The notes beneath the pieces were generated by a model, which was not told the DNA's origin, made no database searches, and saw only the letters and a program-made list of their open reading frames with translations. DNA of 64,000 nucleotides from an uncultured Gammaproteobacteria bacterium (GTDB lineage: Bacteria; Pseudomonadota; Gammaproteobacteria; GCA-002705445; GCA-002716945). Shown here one piece after another: positions 20,067-25,399 of this stretch. The first letter of the stretch is position 1; each line of letters opens with the position of its first letter. Made by a program: the position numbers and the translations under genes. The stretch spans positions 45,313 through 109,312 of the forward strand of contig CACOMO010000001.1 in NCBI GenBank assembly GCA_902628335.1, given 5' to 3'.

Positions 20067-20246
20067 TTATTCTTCTATTTTTAACGCACCAGATGGACAG
20101 TTAGAAACTGTTAACCTGATGTTGTCTTCGCTGTCAGCAGATGTATCAATCACGAATTGTCCGTCTACTACTTTGAAAACGTTTGGTGATCCTTTTACAC
20201 ACTCACCAGCGTGTGTGCAGGTTTCTGCATCATAAGTAACTTTCAT
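20067..20246 (-). CDS. Small divergent 4Fe-4S mono-cluster protein (59 aa; below the ORF-track size cut-off)
   Basis: Hand translation: MKVTYDAETCTHAGECVKGSPNVFKVVDGQFVIDTSADSEDNIRLTVSNCPSGALKIEE. It matches the C-x-H-x3-C ... CPSGAL pattern of the small (4Fe-4S)-binding protein family (Fer4_19-like). AGGAG Shine-Dalgarno 6 nt upstream of the ATG. Confidence 0.72.
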   Translation of the reverse strand: MKVTYDAETCTHAGECVKGSPNVFKVVDGQFVIDTSADSEDNIRLTVSNCPSGALKIEE

Positions 20247-20324
20247 TATTCTCTCCTACTTAACCTATATATTTAATATAACGCAAATTTTAGTAGTTAT
20301 GCTAGTCATATTTTATGTTTTATT

Positions 20325-20357
20325 AAAAAAAATAGGCACCCAATAATGGGTGCCTAT
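20325..20357 (-). terminator. Rho-independent terminator downstream of the alkB-like gene
   Basis: 11-bp stem ATAGGCACCCA/TGGGTGCCTAT with a 4-nt loop, followed on the minus strand by an 8-T run. Confidence 0.8.
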
Positions 20358-20374
20358 CAAAATAAACTGATGGT

Positions 20375-21607
20375 TTACTTTTTAGCTGTTCTTAATCCAA
20401 GATCAACATTTCCAGCATCTTGTAAGACATCACCTGAGAATGGAGTACCTTCGTATCCAACTTCTCTGTTAAGTCTTGCAGCGATTGCTTTTTCTTCGTC
20501 AGTTGCGAAGTGCTCATCCCAAGCAGCTAGTCTTTTTCTCATGTACCAGTGCCATATTGGTGGTACTAGTGCAATGAAGAAGACCACGAAGTATCCCCAT
20601 CCTGTATTAGGGCAACCTACATTCTCGAGCTCCCAGAAATGAGTTTCTCCACGATCATGATGGTCTGCTTGACGACCAATCTCAATGAAGAACCATGCTG
20701 TAAAGCAAGTAGAGTTATCCCAGTTATGGCGATAATCGATTGGCTGATCTTTTAGACGAATCAAGCCATAGTGCTCTAGATAGTTCAACGCTTCTAATTC
20801 GAAGTTTGAAATACCCCAGATTGTAGCTAAACAAGCCATACCAACCCAGCCACCTGCTACGAAGAACAGAGTAACTGTTGGAACAGCCATTAAGTAACCA
20901 CGAATCCAACGGTTTTGCCATGAAATGAAAGGTACGCCCATACGGCCTAGTCTTTCTTTTTCCATGTTAAATAAAAACTTTGATTGACCTAGATATGATA
21001 GTGGGTAGTGACCATAAATTGTGCGACCACGTGGTGCAGTTGCAGGATCATCTTCACTAGCAAGTTCTAAGTGATGGTTGTACACGTGTGCATAGCAGAA
21101 ATGTGCAGAACCAGAAAGTGCCATCATTAGTCTTGAGATTACAAAACCAAAACCTTTGGTATGTGATAGCTCGTGACCATATATAATACCGATACCAATA
21201 AAGATACCAGATGATAATGTAGCACCAATCAAGTTAAGACCTGATATGCCTTCATGCATTGCTAACAGCCCTGGAATAATTTCCATGATGACTGCGCCTT
21301 CAGCTCCGCCTAGTGACATGTAAGAGTAAACTCTCCAAGCCATTACTAATTGGAACAATACGAACACAGGAAGCATAAAGTACATGGTCAAGTTTTGGAA
21401 AGTTGCCCATCCTCTTGTGTTTCCTTCTTCGTCTACTCCTACGCCTGTAGTTTCAAACTTAGTTGCTATGTCTACTAAAAGACCAACAAAAAGTAATACC
21501 ACACCTAACCAAGCCATAATGCCTCCGATTAGGACACCAGCACCAGCTACTATAATTAGTATTGGAGCAAGTAGGTAACGTACGTTTAATAATATGTTTC
21601 CGATCAT
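20375..21607 (-). CDS. Integral-membrane di-iron monooxygenase of the AlkB/XylM (fatty-acid desaturase superfamily) type
   Basis: His boxes HELSHT and AHVYNHH followed by EDDPATAPRG. NYLEHYGL motif and a third box RQADHH. Multiple TM segments. I moved the start to Met47 of the track ORF (ATG at 21607) because GGGAGG lies 6 nt upstream and the first 46 codons look like translated intergenic DNA. Confidence 0.85.
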   Translation of the reverse strand: MIGNILLNVRYLLAPILIIVAGAGVLIGGIMAWLGVVLLFVGLLVDIATKFETTGVGVDEEGNTRGWATFQNLTMYFMLPVFVLFQLVMAWRVYSYMSLGGAEGAVIMEIIPGLLAMHEGISGLNLIGATLSSGIFIGIGIIYGHELSHTKGFGFVISRLMMALSGSAHFCYAHVYNHHLELASEDDPATAPRGRTIYGHYPLSYLGQSKFLFNMEKERLGRMGVPFISWQNRWIRGYLMAVPTVTLFFVAGGWVGMACLATIWGISNFELEALNYLEHYGLIRLKDQPIDYRHNWDNSTCFTAWFFIEIGRQADHHDRGETHFWELENVGCPNTGWGYFVVFFIALVPPIWHWYMRKRLAAWDEHFATDEEKAIAARLNREVGYEGTPFSGDVLQDAGNVDLGLRTAKK

Positions 21608-21632
21608 CTTTACCTCCCAGATAAATCGAACG

Positions 21633-21661
21633 ATTATACTTGTAAACACTAATGTTTCGAA
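21633..21661 (-). promoter_or_regulatory. Putative sigma70 promoter for the alkB-like gene
   Basis: On the minus strand: TTCGAA, a 17-nt spacer, then a perfect TATAAT (reverse complement of 21633-21638). It sits about 25 nt upstream of the start codon. Confidence 0.35.
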
Positions 21662-21770
21662 TCTAAGATTTACTCCTAGAACCAAGCTCCTTAGGGAATA
21701 AATTCCCAATAAAATAATACTAAAAGCTTTTTGAAATCTAGTCAAAACTATTTTGAAATAATTTCTATAT

Positions 21771-21794
21771 ATAAGTATTTGCTTAAATACTTAT
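21771..21794. promoter_or_regulatory. Perfect 10-4-10 palindrome in the divergent alkB-like/SCO1 intergenic region (candidate operator)
   Basis: ATAAGTATTT-gctt-AAATACTTAT. A second palindrome, GGGAAT-aa-ATTCCC, lies at 21694-21707. Confidence 0.4.
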
Positions 21795-21902
21795 CATTTA
21801 GTGATATCCACAAATATGAGATTTTTCAGGCAATTCCTTATATTTTTTGGGGAAAACACATCTTATTTTTATGAGAGAGAATCAAATGTTATCATTAAGA
21901 CA

Positions 21903-22466
21903 ATGTTTAGATTAGTGATACAAAGTTTCATACTCAGTGCGGTATTAGTTCAGAATATTTATGCGATGCCTGACGTCAGCAAAGCTCTTCATGAGGTCTC
22001 TTTTTTTTCTCCGACAGAGAAGTCAGTGAAATTAGATAGGTACGAGGGTAAAGTAATGTTAGTTTTTTTTGGGTACACTCATTGCCCAGATATTTGCCCT
22101 ACTACCATGCTAGATATACGCAAGTCATTAATTGAACTAGGTGATCTCGCTAAGAGAGTTCAACCTGTGTTTATCAGCGTTGATCACCAAAGAGATACAC
22201 CAGAGATTGTCTCAAAATATGTGGATTTTTTTGACAAAAGGATTCTTGGTCTTACCTCATCCAAGGAAATGATCGATAGGATAACAAAATATTTCAAGAT
22301 CCCTTACGAGCTGGTGGACAGTAAAAATAATCCAAACTACATTGTTGAACATAGTTCGAACCTGTACGTAATAGACGAAAACATGGTAGTGAGAAGAATT
22401 ATCCCTAATGGCCTCCCATATACAGAGATTACCAAAACAATTCGCTCTCTAAGCGTAACTAATTAA
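21903..22466 (+). CDS. SCO1/SenC-family copper chaperone
   Basis: FGYTHCPDICP (CxxxCP) motif and a conserved downstream His (VEHSS). The start is set at ATG 21903 (MFRLVIQSFILSAVLVQNIYA signal/anchor) rather than the track's GTG at 21801. Confidence 0.8.
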   Translation: MFRLVIQSFILSAVLVQNIYAMPDVSKALHEVSFFSPTEKSVKLDRYEGKVMLVFFGYTHCPDICPTTMLDIRKSLIELGDLAKRVQPVFISVDHQRDTPEIVSKYVDFFDKRILGLTSSKEMIDRITKYFKIPYELVDSKNNPNYIVEHSSNLYVIDENMVVRRIIPNGLPYTEITKTIRSLSVTN

Positions 22467-22831
22467 TCATATTTTATGTATTTAAATCTTGGGTCATCCG
22501 GGGTTCCTTCAAGTGTGTTGTCCTCGTTTGATGGGTTCCACTGAATAACCTCCTCAATCTTTTTAGCTAATAGGAAGTCTTTATCGGTGATACCTTTTGC
22601 CGCATGATTCTGAAGCTTGACGATAACGAATGCGTAGGATGCTGAAATATCCGGATGATGCCACGCAGCTTCTGCTAGGTGACCTACTGTTGAAATCACC
22701 ATTAACGTCCCTTTCCATCCGCTGGTTTTATACTTTCTTCTAATCCACCCATTTTCATAGTACCAATTACTAAGGTGTGCTTTAAGGTAATCATTTATTT
22801 CGGTCTCAGAATATGTCTTTTCATCAGCCAT
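22463..22831 (-). CDS. Pterin-4-alpha-carbinolamine dehydratase (PCD/DCoH family)
   Basis: 122 aa with the motif AEAAWHHPDISASYAFVIVKLQNH..GITDKD. Confidence 0.78.
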   Translation of the reverse strand: MADEKTYSETEINDYLKAHLSNWYYENGWIRRKYKTSGWKGTLMVISTVGHLAEAAWHHPDISASYAFVIVKLQNHAAKGITDKDFLLAKKIEEVIQWNPSNEDNTLEGTPDDPRFKYIKYD

Positions 22832-22840
22832 TATTGTCTC

Positions 22841-23002
22841 CTAACTTGATTCATTTAATCTTACTTTCTTTACTATGCTTACGAGTAAGTTGAGCTCATC
22901 ATCTGAGAGTTTTTCGAGATCTATTTGCTCAGATGCTACACCACAAATACATAAATCCTCTGCAGATTCCTGAAGAAAATGTAAGCACTCTTTTCTATCC
23001 AT
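22841..23002 (-). CDS. Possible small hypothetical protein (53 aa)
   Basis: Hand-found ORF MDRKECLHFLQESAEDLCICGVASEQIDLEKLSDDELNLLVSIVKKVRLNESS, ending 10 nt before the PCD start. No recognised family and no clear Shine-Dalgarno. Confidence 0.2.
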   Translation of the reverse strand: MDRKECLHFLQESAEDLCICGVASEQIDLEKLSDDELNLLVSIVKKVRLNESS

Positions 23003-23077
23003 TTATACATCCATGAACTTAGTCCTTCCAATAAGATAGCATATTTTTATTGTATTTTAATAAGAATAGTAGTAGCC

Positions 23078-23150
23078 TGTGGGTATGGTGGATGAGAGAT
23101 ACCCACAATTTATTAAAGTTATTACTAAGGTACCCACAATGGTACCCACT
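23078..23150. repeat. Four copies of a TACCCAC(A) motif (one inverted, two in tandem) immediately upstream of the integrase-like start
   Basis: TGTGGGTAT (23078-23086, inverted), ATACCCACAAT (23099-23109), GGTACCCACAAT (23129-23140) and GGTACCCACT (23141-23150). The first two form an inverted repeat with a 12-nt spacer. Confidence 0.6.
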
Positions 23151-23176
23151 AATATTTTGTCGCATAGAGAGAAACC

Positions 23177-23656
23177 ATGTCGAAACTCACTGAAAAAATC
23201 ATAAACAGCGCACAGCCAAGATCAGCTGATTATAGACTTTCAGACGGGTCAGGTTTAGCAGTAATAATTAGAAAAAACGGTAACAAGCACTGGCAATTTC
23301 GTTACCACGTTTACGAGAATGGCAAACGCAAAGAGAGAATATATTCACTAGGTGAATACCCAACACTTAGTATCGAGAAAGCCAGACAAGAACATAGTTT
23401 TTTGAAAAAAAAGTTAGCTGATGGAGAAGATATTCAAAATATTAAAAGAAGGCAAGGTCTCAAGATTGTCAAAAAGCAACCTTCATTTGTTGAAATCGCT
23501 CAAGAGTTAAAGAAAATAAAAGAAAGGAAAAATCAGCTGGATTACAAATCTTGGAAAAAAGAACTCTCAAAATTTGAAAGTTCAATGTTACCTCACCTCA
23601 AAGAACTTAATCTTGAAAACCTTACTGCTGAAGATCTAATGCAAGTTCTTGATCCG
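23177..23656 (+). pseudogene. Remnant of a P4-type tyrosine integrase: Arm DNA-binding (DUF4102-like) plus SAM-like N-domain only, catalytic domain absent
   Basis: LTEKIINSAQPRSADYRLSDGSGLAVIIRKNGNKHWQFRY...GKRKERIYSLGEYPTLSIEKARQEHSFLKKKLADGEDI is the classic integrase arm-domain pattern. SFVEIAQE...NLTAEDLMQVLDP matches the following SAM-like domain. No R..HxxR..Y catalytic region follows. Confidence 0.75.
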
Positions 23657-25399
23657 CACTCAGATAAGAAAGAACAACAAAAAGATGGATTAATACGAGA
23701 AAAGAAATTCAAAAAAAACAAGAGACTTAGAAACAGAGGAAGAAAAGTTAATCTTGATGTAAAAGAAGATTTAATCAAGCTCATAAATACAGATTCCTAT
23801 AGACGTGACCATTTAATAGAATATCTTCATTTAATTCAGGATGCTAAGGGCCATATAAATGAGGAATATATGACGGCTCTAGCTGATTTAATGGATATCT
23901 CTCAAACTGAAGTCTATGAAGTGGCCACATTTTACCATCACTTTGACATTATAAAGTCGGGTGATGAATGTCCGCCCTCACTCACAATAAGAGTGTGCGA
24001 TTCTGTGTCATGTGAATTAAATGGAGCTCATGAATTGGCAGACGAACTAGACAATTATTACAAAGGATCAGTAAGAATACAAAAAGTACCTTGTATTGGA
24101 AGATGTCAGAATGCTCCAGTAGCAGTTGTGAAATTCAATCCTATAGATCATGCAAATTTTAAAAAAATAAAAATTGCAGTAGATCAAAAAAAATATCAAC
24201 CCGAAATCCCAAAGTATATAACTATGTCTGATTATTCCTCCAAAGGAGGTTATGAATTATTAGATGAAATCAAAAAAGGATCCGTTACTAAAGAAAGTGT
24301 ATTGGTCGAACTAGAAAACTCAAATCTTCGTGGCTTAGGTGGAGCAGGTTTCCCAGCAGGAAAAAAATGGAGAATCTTAATCGAACAAGAAGCTCCGAGA
24401 CTATTAGCAGTAAATATAGATGAGGGTGAGCCAGGGACTTTTAAAGATCGTCATTATCTTGAATCAGACCCTCATAGATTTTTAGAGGGTATGCTTATAG
24501 CTTCTGAAGTTGTAGGTATTGATAAGATTTATATTTATTTGCGTGATGAATATGCGGCAGTTCGTAAAATACTCGCTGATGAATTAGATAACATAAGAGA
24601 TAAATTTGCTGGTGATATACCAGATATTGAACTCAGACGAGGCGCAGGTGCATATATATGTGGAGAGGAGTCAGCAATGATTGAATCTATCGAAGGAAAA
24701 AAAGGTATGCCGAGATTAAGACCACCTTTCGTCGCACAAGTTGGTCTATTTGGAAGACCTACCCTTGCTCATAATATGGAGACTCTTTATTGGGTAAGAG
24801 ACATTATTGAAAAAGGAGCAGATTGGTTTACATCTTATGGTCGTAATGATCGAAAAGGTCTTAGATCATTCTCTGTAAGCGGTAGAGTTAAAAAACCTGG
24901 TGTCCATCTTGCACCTGCAGGAATTACCGTTAGGGAGCTAATCGACGAATATGCTGGAGGTATGGAAGAAGGTCATAAGTTCTATGCGTATTTCCCTGGT
25001 GGAGCCTCAGGTGGCATTCTACCTGCGTCTATGGACGATATACCTCTTGATTTTGATACCCTTCATGAATATGGTTGTTTCATTGGATCTGCAGCAATTG
25101 TAATCTTATCTGACAAAGATAAAGTTGCTCAAGCGGCATCAACTACTATGGGATTCTTCCTTCATGAATCATGCGGAAAATGTACTCCATGCAGAGTAGG
25201 TACCTCAAAAGCCACTGAAATGATGAAAGAAAAAAAATGGAATGTGCCATTACTTTCAGAACTCTCTCAAGTTATGTCGGATGCATCAATTTGTGGTCTA
25301 GGTCAAGCAGCATCAAATCCGCTCAAATGCGTTATAAAATATTTCCCTAATGAACCAGAGACAACTCCTATCATTGAATATAAAAAGGTGCAGAATTAA
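23177..25399 (+). CDS. fdsB: NAD-dependent formate dehydrogenase beta subunit (NuoE-like plus NuoF-like domains) carrying an in-frame integrase-derived N-terminal extension
   Basis: From about residue 195: a NuoE-type 2Fe-2S domain (RVCDSVSCE ... VPCIGRCQNAP), the FMN site GLGGAGFPAGKKW and the NuoF 4Fe-4S motif ESCGKCTPCR. There is no in-frame ATG/GTG/TTG between Met155 (23639) and the NuoE-like domain. Confidence 0.85.
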   Translation: MSKLTEKIINSAQPRSADYRLSDGSGLAVIIRKNGNKHWQFRYHVYENGKRKERIYSLGEYPTLSIEKARQEHSFLKKKLADGEDIQNIKRRQGLKIVKKQPSFVEIAQELKKIKERKNQLDYKSWKKELSKFESSMLPHLKELNLENLTAEDLMQVLDPHSDKKEQQKDGLIREKKFKKNKRLRNRGRKVNLDVKEDLIKLINTDSYRRDHLIEYLHLIQDAKGHINEEYMTALADLMDISQTEVYEVATFYHHFDIIKSGDECPPSLTIRVCDSVSCELNGAHELADELDNYYKGSVRIQKVPCIGRCQNAPVAVVKFNPIDHANFKKIKIAVDQKKYQPEIPKYITMSDYSSKGGYELLDEIKKGSVTKESVLVELENSNLRGLGGAGFPAGKKWRILIEQEAPRLLAVNIDEGEPGTFKDRHYLESDPHRFLEGMLIASEVVGIDKIYIYLRDEYAAVRKILADELDNIRDKFAGDIPDIELRRGAGAYICGEESAMIESIEGKKGMPRLRPPFVAQVGLFGRPTLAHNMETLYWVRDIIEKGADWFTSYGRNDRKGLRSFSVSGRVKKPGVHLAPAGITVRELIDEYAGGMEEGHKFYAYFPGGASGGILPASMDDIPLDFDTLHEYGCFIGSAAIVILSDKDKVAQAASTTMGFFLHESCGKCTPCRVGTSKATEMMKEKKWNVPLLSELSQVMSDASICGLGQAASNPLKCVIKYFPNEPETTPIIEYKKVQN

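Noticed and set aside
21608-21745. The 46-codon N-terminal extension of the alkB-like ORF (track start 21745)
   Set aside because: The translation looks like intergenic sequence. A strong GGGAGG Shine-Dalgarno precedes Met47, and the extension would swallow the predicted promoter.
21801-21902. GTG start at 21801 for the SCO1 gene
   Set aside because: The first 34 codons are non-protein-like (FFRQFLIFFGENTSYFYE). The ATG at 21903 gives a normal signal-anchor N-terminus.
11887-23176. Calling the whole 11.9-23.2 kb block a bona fide integrated genomic island with defined att sites
   Set aside because: I could not find flanking direct repeats or a tRNA target by eye. The integrase is only a remnant, and the elevated G+C is shared with native highly expressed genes such as fae. 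It is reported as a hypothesis only.
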